Assembly: GCA_964016885.1 (NCBI GenBank)
Contig: CAXHJY010000753.1
Coordinates: 72,199 to 136,198 of the forward strand
DNA: 64,000 nucleotides
Reading direction: 5' to 3'
Origin: Eledone cirrhosa
Lineage: Eukaryota
The notes beneath the pieces are model-generated. The model ran no database searches. It was given only the letters and a program-made list of their open reading frames with translations, and was not told the DNA's origin. The translations under genes were made by a program, and so were the position numbers. Position 1 is the stretch's first letter. Each line of letters starts with the position of its first letter. Of this stretch, positions 14,004 to 27,247 are shown piece after piece.

Positions 14004-14660
14004 ATTTCATTTATTGGCCACAAGGGCCGACTTATAGGGGACAATACAAAATACTGGGACAGTGGGGTTTTATAGAAAAATCGAGTAAACAATATGAATA
14101 ACAATAACAAAGTAACAGGAAAAATACAAGAAAAATTCCCCAATAGGTGGGGGGATGACCACCCAGGGTTCGCTCAGGTACCCTACCAATCCTGAACGAC
14201 CCGACATTCGAGAGCACCCGGAAAGGGCACCCCTCTCCTCCTCAAATTTAACCACCTACAGGCGCATGATCAGAGTAGGCCCACTCACACGGGCCATTCT
14301 CGCCACAATCACCCACCTTTCAGCAAATGTACTGGGGGGGGGGGGGCACTTCTCTCTCCACCCTCACCTTCCTCTCCAAGTGAAACTTGAAAATGTTGAT
14401 GAGGGATTGATTGGCCGAAGAGAAAAGTGTGTCTTCAGTCCTTTCAACCTCGTCCACCATACAACCTCTTTCGCTACTGCCACCAGACAGGAAAATTGCA
14501 TGCCCTTCCTGGCCAAAAGAAGGCGGCGGGTCGATCTTTACTATGGACTCGACCGATAGCCGGCTCCGTTCTACACGCGACAACAGCTGTTCGACATAAC
14601 TCCACAAGTCAGTAATGCAGGGACACTGGACAAGTGCGTGCAGAACGGTTTCGTCGCTCC
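14004..14660 (-). mobile_element. 3' fragment of Tx1/L1-clade LINE
   Basis: Encodes DETVLHALVQC...SRLSVESIV...FKFHLERKVRVEREV, homologous to the ORF2 end at ~62500-62894; 3' UTR CCCTTGTGGCCAATAAA then (ATT)n. Confidence 0.9.
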
Positions 14661-14668
14661 AATAACAA

Positions 14669-14703
<35 letters not shown>

Positions 14704-14710
14704 GTTATTA

Positions 14711-15023
14711 CTCCTTGAGTCTCAGTCATTGATGTTAGTTAACTGGAAAGTTTGTTGGAATGAATATCAAGCCACTACCTGCAGCCTCAGATATTCAGGA
14801 CGTATCGGAGGGTTCTTGCTGTTCCCAGCAAGCATGCCTTTTGAAGCGTTCCAAAAAGCGTGAAGGGGCCGATTTTCTTTAACCATCCCTGGAAACTTTT
14901 GGAGATAGTCCCTAGTGCGCCTATGACAATCGGGATCACTTTGACTTCATGGCAGTTCCAAATCCTTTTTACCTCCCACTTTAAGTCCTGGTATCGGTTA
15001 ATTTTCTCCCTCTCCTTCTCTTG

Positions 15024-15026
<3 letters not shown>
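14711..15026 (-). mobile_element. 3' fragment of R4/Dong-type RLE non-LTR retrotransposon
   Basis: EKINRYQDL..EVKRIW..VIPIVIGALG..LQKACLLGTARTLR; (TAA)n on both sides on the element strand. Confidence 0.88.
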
Positions 15027-15063
<37 letters not shown>

Positions 15064-15439
15064 GACTATCATGATGATGATGATGATGATGATAAATTCT
15101 AAGCATCAATAATTTAACAGTCCCAATTACAGTAATAATATTCTTAATCAAAGAAAATACATAGAAACCTCTTATACGAATAGTAATTAGTTCATCAAAA
15201 CCGCCTTGCTAGATCTTTCTAATTTACTTTTATTAACTGCCGCACCAATTATCGTCATAGATACAAGAATCAACGAATAGAGCAACATATCTTAAACATC
15301 TTTAAAATCCATCCCTGTCATATTTATTAGGTTTAATCCACATTGAAGTAATTTATATTAAAAGGAAGTATTAAAGCTATTTTATTAAGTCTTTCTTTGC
15401 CAAGAGATTTAACAACTTTATTTAAATGTTGTGTTAATA

Positions 15440-15660
15440 ATCCAAGGACCTCCATCGGTTTCGATAATAAGTGTTTCATGTGTTTTTATCAATGGAAAAG
15501 CCTGCTTAAAAAATGAATGCGTAAGTGTATGAGAATTCCATAGATACATTTTCCCTTAGCGTAATTGTCAGGGAGATTCTGCATGAAGGATTGTGTAACA
15601 AGACTGGCCCTTTGAATTATAGATACACTCCATCCGAGTAACTTCCAAGCAGTGAGCAAC
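15440..15660 (-). mobile_element. Diverged SINE (family 2) 3' fragment
   Basis: Similar to 29375-29560 (GGACCTCC.TCG.TT.C..; GGGAGATT.AGC..GA; GGCCCTTTGAA.TATAG). Confidence 0.5.
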
Positions 15661-15669
15661 ATTAGTCGG

Positions 15670-15945
15670 TATAAATAAGCAAAATTTGAGATATAAAGTG
15701 GGGACTGAAAAGAATTTGGAAATATCGTTTGATGAAGGTCATCCTCATCGTCATAGGAACACTATGTACTATCTCCAAGAGCTTCCAAGACTGGTTAAAG
15801 GACCTTAGCCCAACCATCTTGTTTGGAACACTGTAGAAGGCATACCTACTGGGAACAGCAAGGACCCTTCCATATGTCCTGCATATCTGAGTCTGCAAGT
15901 TGAGGCATGATGTTTATTAGGAAAGATTTTCCGGTTAAATAACAA
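15670..15945 (+). mobile_element. Degenerate R4/Dong-type 3' fragment
   Basis: KRIW...GTL.TISKSFQDWLK...LFGTL*KAYLLGTARTLPYVLHI*, close to 14787-15026. Confidence 0.82.
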
Positions 15946-16059
15946 CAATGATTGAGCTATCAAAGTAACAATAATAATCATATTTATTATTATAATAATC
16001 TTCTCTTTACTCAGCCTTTGTTGCTCCGCCGGTATTTTGATTTGATTTTTAGATATCAA

Positions 16060-16385
16060 GCTGCTTCCTGCAGCAGTTCGTACGGCTCTTGCTGTACCAA
16101 GAAAAGAGACCTTCTGTAGAGTCAAGAAATTCACCTCTATATTCAACATCTTCAACTAAGCATTCAAACTTTTCGCCACTGCTTCTAAAACTTCTATTAC
16201 AATTGCATTTCGTATTTCAGGTCTTGATGTTTTTTTTTCTATTTTTCTCATGTTCTTTTCCTACCTGCCTAGTATCAAATGAGCAAACCACATCGATAAG
16301 CCGAGCTTTTTCGTTTTTATCGGATGTAACGATATCTGGACTTGAATACTCCATTTACTTATCCGTTTGAAACTTCATGTTCCAT
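16060..16385 (-). mobile_element. Degenerate R4/Dong-type 3' fragment
   Basis: LKMLNIEVNFLTLQKVSFLGTARAVR. Confidence 0.7.
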
Positions 16386-16473
16386 AATAATATGAATAAT
16401 GAAAATAATTGTTATTATTATTATTACTGTTGCAGCTGCTGTTCTTGTTGTTATTGTTAGTGTTATGTTGTTT

Positions 16474-16551
<78 letters not shown>

Positions 16552-17267
16552 ATTTGTTGTTGATGGTGGTGTGTGTAGTTGTGGCGATATATGTAGGGTG
16601 CTAGTATTTTGTGTTATTCAACTGAAAAAAATATGAAAGAAATTCACAATAATCATTGAATCATGAAGCTATAATTAAATAAATTGAACGCTGTAGAGGT
16701 TTGGTCTGCAAAACAATTTTTTTCCTTCTCTTTATTTATATATATTATCATGTTCTTATTTCTTATTTTGATAGCGTTCGTCTATATTTTTGAATTACAA
16801 CTCATGATTTTTTTACATCTTCAGACACAACAAAGCACTTGAGTGAACAAGTGGTCACAAAAGACATGGAATTTTTAAACCATTTTTTTTCTAGTCAACA
16901 TGTATAAACAGACTGCATAACCCCACCCTTACTGCAGCCACCATATCATTCACACCGCAACGTCCATCATCAAATCTATAGCAAACACCACCAGCTCCAG
17001 CTCTAACTCCACCTTCTTGTTTGCGTTTATAAAAATTACATCAATATTGAACGTCTGTACTTAATATTGTTATTCTTAGTGGGATAGGAATTATGTATGC
17101 GCAGTATTTCACATCCAGTAACACACCCACATATAAACACACAAAATCATACACATACAAACGTACAAACACACTCATGTATGTATATATATGTACATAT
17201 ACATATACATACATTCATATATATATATGCATACATATATAGATATATATACATACATATATATAAA

Positions 17268-17303
<36 letters not shown>

Positions 17304-17676
17304 TTAGTGTGTATATGTATATGAATATATATATGTTACGTAAAAGTATAAACATGCATATGTACACACGCATATATCCTCTAGCTATTTATTCATCTCT
17401 CTCTCTCTCTCTCTCTCCCTCTTTCTCTCTCTCTCCCTACCCCTCTCTCTCTCTCTCCCTCTCTCTTTCTCGCTCTCTTTCTATTACTATGAAAACACAC
17501 ACATATATGTATATATATAGATATATACACACACGTATATATATATATATATATATATATATTCTGAATATAGGCATTCAAATTGCCTGCACTATTTTAC
17601 CAAATATAGCTATTCAGCTATCTCCAAGGAAACACAAAATATTGTTCGCCTATCTTGATGTTCTTAAACAGAGAAA

Positions 17677-17749
<73 letters not shown>

Positions 17750-17759
17750 GTATATATAT

Positions 17760-17793
<34 letters not shown>

Positions 17794-17892
17794 GGGTAGA
17801 TAGATATATAGATAGATATACACATACATATGTGTGTGTGTCTGTATGTGTGTGCGTTCCTGTGTGCATATTATACATATATATATAATACG

Positions 17893-18018
<126 letters not shown>

Positions 18019-18254
18019 TATATATATATGCATATATGCATGTCGAGAAAAAGAAACAGGGAAGGAACATGAGAGAAGAGAGACTGTCGGGGAATGCAAA
18101 CGGGAGAGAGAAAGAGAGATAGAGACAGTGTGAATGAGTTTATGAATATACCGGGAAATACGGACACACTCCATTCCTTAGAGACGGTGAAAAACTGATG
18201 GACCTAGAGGCAAAACGAATGATGGAGCAAAACCAGAGCTTAGGTATTAATACA

Positions 18255-18655
18255 TTTATAGATAATTGTTTCTACTTTAGGCACAAGGCCAGCAGTTATC
18301 CAGTACATTACTGGTACTTTATTTTATCGACCCCGTAAGGATGAAAGGCAAAGTCAACCTCGGCGGGATTTGAACTCAGATCGTAAAGGGAGGTAACTAT
18401 GCTGGAAAGCATGGCGTCCGACCCTCTACCGAAACTGCCAATCCACCGCCCTATACATTTATAGATAATTGTTTCTACGTTTGGCACAAGGCCAGAAATT
18501 ACCCAGAACATTACTGGTACTTTATTTTATCGACCTCGTAAGGATGAAAGGCAAAGTTAACCTCGGCGGGATTTGAACTCAGAATGGCATGGCCGTAACT
18601 CTATACGTCAAAGCATAGCGTCCGACCCTCTACCGATACTGCCAATCCACCGCCC
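18255..18655 (-). mobile_element. Two tandem copies of SINE family 1
   Basis: Copies ~18262-18452 and ~18465-18655, each with an A-box-like GGCAGT.TCGG, B box GAGTTCAAATCCC and central GACTTTGCCTTTCATCCTTACGGGGTCGATAAAAT; ATACATTTATAGATAAT occurs three times at the junctions. Confidence 0.88.
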
Positions 18656-19036
18656 TAACATCTATACATTTATAGATAATGATCAATAAAATGAATGAGA
18701 TGGTGAGAGATAGGAAAGAAAGAAATATATTTAGTGTTTAGTGTTTATAAGATTCATATTAACAAAAAAATAAATGTAACCAGAGTTTATTTCAACGTTG
18801 TATTGCTCACGCTGACAATTCCTGTTATATGTATAACTATATGATCTAATGAAATGTTCTTTAAATGTGGTTGTATTTTTTATTCTTATTTCAAATTTAA
18901 TTGAATGTTTTTTTATCAACATTTAGTCGTTTAAAAATAGTTTATATATCGCACTTACAAATATGTTGATGTATTGACAAAAGAAAAATGTTTTCCTTGT
19001 ACGACTAGGTGTGTTTGCTTGACTGTGTGTATCTGT

Positions 19037-19127
<91 letters not shown>

Positions 19128-19430
19128 CGTGTGCGTGTGCGTGTGCGTGTGCGTGTGTATGTGTGTGTGTGCGCGTGTGTGTGTGTGTGTTTGTGTTTGT
19201 ATGTGTGAAAAACAAGCTTTTCACGATTCTCGATTTGAAGTAGTTTTGTGTTATTTAAATAAATATTTAATCATAGTCAAATAGCTAAACCAAGTTAAAC
19301 GTTACTACTAACAAAATGTATTGCCAAATATATACCTGAAAATACTCCAAATAGAGCACTGTGTATCTGTATTTTTCTGTGTATAATTGTATACATACGC
19401 ACCCACAAACACAGAGACAAACACCCATAC

Positions 19431-19490
<60 letters not shown>

Positions 19491-19494
<4 letters not shown>

Positions 19495-20850
19495 GTAACG
19501 TGGTTCAAGCCTCCCCACAATGCCGAGGTGGCAACACCTATCGGGAAAATCTTCTTTAGACTCCTCGAAAAACACTTCCCACCACAACACTGCTACCACA
19601 ACATAATCAACAAAAACACTATCAAACTCACCTACAGCACCACACCCAACTTCGCACAAAACATAGCCTCCTCAATCAACAAGAAACTCAACCCCTATGG
19701 AAGAAACAACCTAGCCATTAGTGGAGAGCCAACCAGGAGGTGTAACTGCCCTGATATATCTACGTGCCCCCTCAATAACAGATGCCGAGAACGTAACGTA
19801 ATCTACCAATGGACCGTGAGGACGGAAACCTCTAACAAAGCCTATATAGGATTAACCGCTTGTGACTTTAAGACCCGGCTCTACCAACGCCGACATACGT
19901 TCCGAAACCCGGCCCGGCGAGATGCCACTACAATTTCGAGCCACATCTGGGACCTCCAAGATAATAACATAACATACAATCTTACTTGGAGCTTACTGTC
20001 CAGAGCTAACTCCTACACGGGAGGACGCCGTCAGTGTAACTTATACTCGGAGGAAACATTACAAATGCTGTTTACGAAGGACCAACTCCTAAACAAAAAA
20101 GACAAATTTGTAACTGCATGCAAACACCGATTACGTAGGACTTACCTCGCCCTCAAACCCCCTCCTGATCCGGGTGGGTAGATAATGGCTGCAACATCCT
20201 CCTTTTCCCCACTTGCCGAACAAGATAGGGGAAACCCCAGCTAACATAGGTAGATGTACTTCTTTTCTTTTTCTTTTTCTTTTCTTCTTCCCTTTATCTC
20301 TTCCTATCACTTGATTCCACTCCCTACCCTCTTCCTTTTCCTTTTTCCCCTTTCGCCTACCACGATGCAGTCTATCGGGCTTTTGTAGCCTCAGCACCCT
20401 CACCCCAGTAAATTATATAGCATTGGCCGAAAACACATTACCAACTAATTATACCAGCTGTTTTAGACTCTACAGATTTTTTTATTAATTTTTACTATCC
20501 AATTTTATAATTTTTTATTTATTTTGTATCTTCTAATCTCATTTTATTAACCTATTCTATAACGTCCCCTCTCTATTTTCTCCAGAATCCTTTTTCGCCT
20601 GCTTCCTATCTAGCCTAATGTCATACACACTCCTTAGAATGTGCTGTATAGAATTCACTTTCAACGCTTGACCGGATCCACCCACTCCCTCATTGTTCTA
20701 CAGGCAAGTCCAGCCACCCCCACCGCCCACCGACTGCCATGAAAGATTTAATGGTGTTTACAAGAAATTCTGACAACTACAATCTTCCCATATAAGGAAT
20801 TACCCCTTGAAAAGTTCGGCTATTTATTTACCACGCTAAAAATTCTAATT
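19491..20850 (+). mobile_element. 5'-truncated Penelope-like element (GIY-YIG region 19491-20181 plus 3' UTR)
   Basis: WFKPP..IG..F..LLEKHFP..CNC..CPL..VIY..YIGLT..FKTR..WSLL..CNL..LLNKK..CKHR; begins directly after (TA)n. Confidence 0.88.
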
Positions 20851-20855
20851 CTTTA

Positions 20856-20991
20856 GTCCAGAAATAGCCGTCGAAACGGCTTGAGCTCTGCCGTCGGGGT
20901 TAAACATTTTCCTATTAACCACTCTACTACCTTAAGTATTGAGTACTCTGGTGCGTTATGGTCCATCTGGTTCCTTACCACACCTCCTTCG

Positions 20992-20993
<2 letters not shown>
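20856..20993 (+). mobile_element. Family H terminus (half hammerhead)
   Basis: Near-identical to 9751-9877. Confidence 0.72.
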
Positions 20994-21027
<34 letters not shown>

Positions 21028-21891
21028 ACCACAAACCCACAACCAACTGTCAAAAAATGTGGTCACTCTAATTGTGGAACCTGCACTCACCTCATTGAAG
21101 GCAACATATATATGCATTTATATACATTTAAATCAGGACAAAATTTTGCTGTAAAAAAATCACTTCGCTTGCTCATCAAAAAATCGAATTTATGCCATTA
21201 AATGTAAAGGATGCAATGAAGATTATATAGGACAAACTAAACTCACACTCAGAAATAGAATGACAGTTCATCGCCAACAATTACGAGATCCAACGACGAG
21301 ACAGATACCACTAAGCGCACATCTAGACATTTGCGCAAGTAATAAGACACCCAAATTCCAAGTCTTCCCATTTTACCTTTGCGCTAACAATACAACAGAA
21401 CAAATACGAATAAATAAGGAAAATATGTTCATTCAAAAATCATTTTCCTACACACACATACAAAATATATATTCTCTTCATCTTAACATGCTAACCATAC
21501 ACCCATACACACATAACACCCGTACACACACACATAACACCCCACCCCACCCCCACCCCACCCCATACACACACACAACTCCCTCCCCCATTTCTACTAA
21601 TAGAATCAACTTACTACACACACACACAATATATTATATTCTCTCCATCTTAACATACTCCCACACACACACACATAACACGCATATACACATACACAGA
21701 ACTCCTTCCCCCGTTTCTACCAATATAATCATCTTCCTATACACACACACACACAAACACACATATAAACATACATATGTCTACTTTCTTTATTTCAATA
21801 AAAAATCTGAACTCTGACACCCCAGAGAACTAGCCATATTCACTGAACCAGAACAATTCTCCCATCCCATTTCTCTTGACCATTCTTTTGC

Positions 21892-22497
21892 TTGTCATAA
21901 AATTCTCTAAAAGGCTACAAAATAAATTCCAAAATACGGGCGTGAAATTTAATGAACTTGCTCAGGTGACAGTCATAATTTCATTTATAACCAATCAAAT
22001 TGGATTTTTTTTTAAAAAGCCTTCGAGAGCCACTTCTTTTATTGTCATAAAATTCTCTAAAAGGCTACAAAATAAATTCCCAAATACGGGCCCGAAATTT
22101 AATGAACTAGTTCACGTGACAGCCATAATTTCATTTATAACCAATCAAATTACATTTTTTTTTTTTAAAGCCTTCGTGAGCTACTTTTTTTATTGTCATA
22201 AAATTCTCTAAAAGGCTACAAAATAAATTCCCAAATGCGGGCGCGAAATTTAATGAACTTGTTCACGTGACAGCGTAATTTCCTTTATAACCAATCAAAT
22301 TACAGTTTTAAAAAAAAAAGCCTTCGTGAGCCTCTTTTTTAAAGTAAAAAGAAATTTAAACACTCATATATGAAAAAACACCCCCTCCCCCTTGTTTAAA
22401 GAACTTTGTAACGCGAACTGGCGCGAAATTTATTATACTTATTGACCAACCAATCAAATTACTTCTCTAAAAACCTGGCGTTTCGAGCCACTTTTTT
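21892..22497 (+). repeat. ~150-bp tandem repeat, three copies plus a diverged fourth
   Basis: TTGTCATAAAATTCTCTAAAAGGCTACAAAATAAATTCC at ~21892, 22042 and 22193. Confidence 0.92.
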
Positions 22498-22569
22498 CCA
22501 TATAAAACAAGAAACATTCAAAGACCAACCAGATATGAGAAAAACCACCGACCCTCCATCTCAACTCTA

Positions 22570-22605
22570 CTTTTGAAAAGAAGACGAACTGCGAAACCGG
22601 TTAAG
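22570..22605 (+). ncRNA. Variant hammerhead (U3-A8 core), family D
   Basis: CTT-TTGAAAA-GAAGACGAACTGC-GAAA-CCGG-TT-AAG; cleaner copy at 44788. Confidence 0.45.
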
Positions 22606-22705
22606 GAACCAAATAAATATATTTTTTTTTTTTTAAATAATACTCCAGTTGCATTTTCGATTTCATCTTTTTTTCTTTATATATATATTTAGAGAGAGAG
22701 AGAAA

Positions 22706-23415
22706 AGATGAATATAAAATGAAAGTGCTTTTATAAAGGAATTTATTAGGTATTGACATATGTTTCTGTAACAGACGGAATACCTATGTATCGCTGCTTG
22801 CGTAATCATATAATTGTCTCTACTTTAGGCACAAGGCCAGAAATTACCCAGTGCATTACTGGTTAGCAAGTATTCGATAGCAAATGTATAATCAGTTGTC
22901 ACTTCTTCAGAAATATTGGATAAATTGGAAAAAAATCAGGAAAATCAAAGTATTTATATTAGTTGTAAGAAAGGAAGAAGAGAAGGGATAGTATATGACA
23001 GATATATATATATGTATTAATACTACTACACCAAACGACCAACCCTGTCCATTGTTCAATTGGTCAAATATAGATTAAAATAGGCACTCCCAAAAATTCT
23101 TATTTAGATAAAATATACTCATTGTATTCTCATTAAAAACCTTTTATATACTTGTTTACCAGCAAATTGAATTGCCATCTGTCATATACTATCCCTTCTC
23201 TTACAACTAATATAAATACTTTGATTTTTCTGATTTTTTCAAATTTATCCAATATCTCTGAAGAAGTGACAACTGATTATACATTTGCTATCGAATACTT
23301 GCTAACATTATATGATTACGCAAGCAGCGATACATAGGTATTCCGTCTGTTACAGAAACATATGTCAATACCTAATAAATTCCTTTATAAAGCACTTTCA
23401 TTTTATATTCATCTT
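22706..23415. mobile_element. Inverted-repeat HHR element, family E, with a SINE fragment in the left arm
   Basis: 22706-23002 is inverted relative to 23177-23415; SINE 3' piece at ~22812-22862 is present only in the left arm. Confidence 0.82.
23253..23370 (+). ncRNA. Hammerhead-like motif with ~90-nt extended stem II
   Basis: CTGAAGA-a-GTGACA...TATCG..CTTGC...GCAAG..CGATA...TGTTAC-a-GAAA-CATATG-TC; weak stem I. Confidence 0.5.
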
Positions 23416-23512
23416 TTCTACATTTTCTCCGGAATATAATTTATACTCGTTGAGCAAACCTACACGTACGCTGTTCATCTCTATATTATCACTACATTAT
23501 TGATAACTTGAA

Positions 23513-23560
<48 letters not shown>

Positions 23561-23599
23561 TTCAAGTTATCAATAATGTAGTGATAATATAGAGATGGG

Positions 23600-23765
23600 G
23601 AATAACCACAGTAAGTAAGGTACTCAATTCATAGCTGAGTATAAATATGTAATGTAGATATGGCTTCTACATGACTAGAACTATTCCAAGGAAATCAGCA
23701 GAAAATCTTTCCTGGTGATGTCCTTAGAATGAAACAGTTCTAGTCCTGTAGAAGCCATTTCTATA
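23600..23765. mobile_element. Degenerate family F palindromic HHR element
   Basis: CTGGTGA..GAAA-CAGTTCTAGTCCTG-TA-GAAGC plus an inverted copy; matches 34722-34827 and 48260-48910. Confidence 0.7.
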
Positions 23766-23770
23766 TCAAA

Positions 23771-23844
<74 letters not shown>

Positions 23845-24116
23845 GATAAATCTACCAAAATGTACGGTAGTGTCCAATCCGTATGAAGAACTCAATGTAA
23901 TCCAAATATCATGAAAAGAGAAGAAGTATTCAAAATTTTTTCGATGAAAAACACAAGAAAACAGAGTCAAGATAAGTATGTATGTATATCATATTGATCT
24001 ATGTATGTATATCATATTGATCTATGTAAAATTTTTACAAACTATCAGAGGGAATATACATACCTACCCATATCATCATCCCGCGTTCAATTGGGAATAA
24101 CCCTGACTATTATAGT

Positions 24117-25530
24117 CTCGATATTACATTTGAAAACACAAGTAAAGTAGTTAATTTCCTTGATATAACATTAGACTTATCTACGGGTATCTACCAACCT
24201 TACCATAAACCTAACCAAAACTTACATTACATACACTCACAATCTAATCACCCTAAATATATCCTTAAAAACCTAGCATATAATATCTCACTCAGAATTT
24301 CTAACCTTTCATCTAACCAGGATGTATTCGATAAAAATGCGACCTTTTATAATGAAACTTTAACTAGAAGCGGCCACAAAAACAAATTAGTATATATACC
24401 TTGTACCAATAACACTACAAACATACAACCTAATATTACCAACAAACACCAAATGAAATATACACACCTAAATGCTACTCACACTATACCCAAAAATACC
24501 AACTTAAAATTTAATTTCTCTAACTCTTCTAATATACAATATAATAACTTTCAAAAAACCATTCATCCTAATATTCCAATATATGTTAATAACAAAATTC
24601 TTAATAATCAGGCTAAAACACCTAAATCAATGAATCTAACTAAAAATATGTGTAATAAAATCACTAATACTAATTCTCTTAATAAACATCAGGATACATC
24701 GTATAAAAATAAAAAACAACATCGAAACCGTAATAGACGAGTTACTCGGTATAATGCTCCATTTAATCTACAAATTAAAGATAATATACCTAAAAAAATG
24801 TTTACTATCCTAGAGAAAAACTTCCCGCCAAACCATAAATACCATCAAATTTTAAATAGATCAACGGTCAAATTCTCCTACTCAACAACCAAAAATATAC
24901 AACAAAATATAAGTGCCTATAATGCATATAAATGTAAAAAAAAAAACATGAATATAGATATATATCAAACTAACCATAATACATCAAACTAACCATAATA
25001 CTAAAATAAACCACAGCAAACCACCATCTCATTCACATACAACAAGTCGAGAAAATTTCACACCTAATTTCACTATCTCCTCTGATACAACATTCACGAA
25101 AGGTTGTAACTGTAGAAACAAAGCAAATTGCCCATTAAAAGGAAATTGCCTTATTAATAACATAGTATATAAATGTAAAATTAACACTAAGGACTCAACT
25201 TATTCATATATAGGAGCTACTTCTAAACAATTTAAAGTAAGATTTAATACCCACAAACACAGTTTTAAAAATGCCGCATTAGCTAATACAACATCCTTAG
25301 CTGAAATAATTAATAATTATAGAAAAAAGAATATCGATTATAACCTAACCTGGAGTGTGCTCAAAAGGGCCACCTCTTATCAAAATAATAGATATGAATG
25401 TAGATTATGTTCCCAGGAACTTTTTGAAATAATGAAATCTAAGGATATCCTATTAAATAAGCGACAAGAATTAATTATATCATGTAATCATAAAATTAGA
25501 AGAACTTTTAAATATTATAAACCTAATTAA
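24117..25530 (+). pseudogene. Penelope-like element: RT thumb, Asn-rich linker, GIY-YIG endonuclease
   Basis: VNFLDITLDL.TG.YQPYHKPN..L.YIH..SNHP..ILK..R.S.LSS; RYNAPFN..EKNFPP; after a frameshift near 24950-25000 GCNCRNKANCPLKGNCL..IVY..YIGAT..FK.R..H..WSVL..CRLC..LLNKR..CNH, stop at 25528-25530. Confidence 0.9.
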
Positions 25531-26339
25531 TATACACTTTACAAATTATTATAACATTTTTTTTAAATTAGTTAATCTATAATTAATATTCTACTACTAA
25601 TGAACTGCATAATTTTATTTCCCTTTTACAGCTATTTTTTCCTAAAATTTATACCAATAAGTATACATATAAACTATTTTAATTTCAGGTTATGAATCTA
25701 TATTCCTTATAATCTATATAAATTTGTTATTTCTCACTAATACATTTATCCCCCCCCCCCCAATTATTATTATTATTTTTTTCTTTTCCCTTCGTTTTTA
25801 ACAACATTCTTCAATTACATCTAACTCTTATTTATCATATCTATATGAATTAATATAAATTTATCAATATAAATATACCTATCAATTTAATTAATTTATT
25901 TTCTTTTTATAGATGTAAATTCCTTATGTTTTAAATAAGATTGATATTTTTCACTAACACATTTATCGTAACATTTTATTCTCCTTAGATTTTAACATTA
26001 GCATTATTCTTTTATAACATCAAATTTTCGTGTACCTTTCACCAACTTGACCTATTTTCATCCCCAAAGTAATCTTTTCATTCAAAATACTCTTTCCATT
26101 CAAAACTGAAGTCTGCTTTCCTCTAACCCTAAATTAAATTTCCATTACTACTATTCTACCATCTTGACCACTTACTACCTTTCTATTGGTCAATTCAAAA
26201 CCTGTTCCCAAAGTTTCCCTTCCGAGACAAGTCCGGACAGGGTATTTTTAGGAAGACTAGCCATTGCCCAATGCATGGCAGTCTCCCCATCTCCACGCCA
26301 CCGATGTTGTTCAAGGGAAAGACTAAGATCAATACAGCT

Positions 26340-26440
26340 TGGCACTAGTGACAGCTGAGTAAACTGGAGCAACGTAAAAGTAAAGTGTCTTGCTCAAGAA
26401 CGCTACGCATCGATTGTGACTCCGACGATTTAACCACATA
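26340..26440 (-). mobile_element. SINE family 2 5' fragment
   Basis: GGAGCAACGT..AAAGTGTCTTGCTCAAG shared with 34968-35000 and 29583-29615. Confidence 0.6.
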
Positions 26441-26442
26441 GC

Positions 26443-26446
<4 letters not shown>

Positions 26447-26517
<71 letters not shown>

Positions 26518-26539
26518 CAGCAGTAGCAGCAGTAGCAGC

Positions 26540-26617
<78 letters not shown>
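26447..26617. repeat. (TAG)n/(CAG)n microsatellite
   Basis: Direct reading. Confidence 0.97.
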
Positions 26618-26618
<1 letters not shown>

Positions 26619-26824
26619 CCTCTTTATGGGCAATGGGGGAAATTAAATATTTAACATAACAGTAACTAACAAATCACTTCGGATTTTGCACACATGTACG
26701 ACAGGAAAGTGTGTTAACAAAAATTACTTTGTCTGCAACAATGAATTATTTCCAGTTAGATATCAACAATCTTGATGTAAATATTTTGGTGTTTACAAGA
26801 GAAATAAAGGGAGAAAAAGAATCA

Positions 26825-26871
26825 GAGAGAAAGAGAGAGAAAGTGTGTGGGTATGTGTATATGTGTGTATA

Positions 26872-26903
<32 letters not shown>

Positions 26904-27017
26904 TGTGTGTGTGAGAGAGAGGGAGAGAGAGAGAGAGAGAAATTGTGTATATGTGTGTGTGTGTGTGAAAGAGAGAGAAAAAAGAGAGAGAGAGAAAGAG
27001 AGAGAAACTGTGTGTAT

Positions 27018-27072
<55 letters not shown>

Positions 27073-27160
27073 TGTGTGTATATGTGTGTGTGAGAGAGAG
27101 AGAGAAAAGAGAGAGAAAGAAATAGAGAGAAAGAGAGAGAAACTGTGTGTATATGTGTGT

Positions 27161-27247
<87 letters not shown>

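Larger units (their letters stand above)
21023..22679 (+). mobile_element. 5'-truncated Neptune-like PLE: Cys-rich linker plus GIY-YIG, long 3' UTR/pLTR
   Basis: KCGHSNCGTC...(frameshift) IYAIKCKGCNEDYIGQT..LRNRMTVHRQQ..HLDIC..E..FI; bounded by (TA)n. Confidence 0.85.

Noticed and set aside
20766-20826. Possible HHR at the end of the 19491 PLE (CTGACAA...GAAA)
   Set aside because: The position is plausible but the core and stems are too degenerate to call
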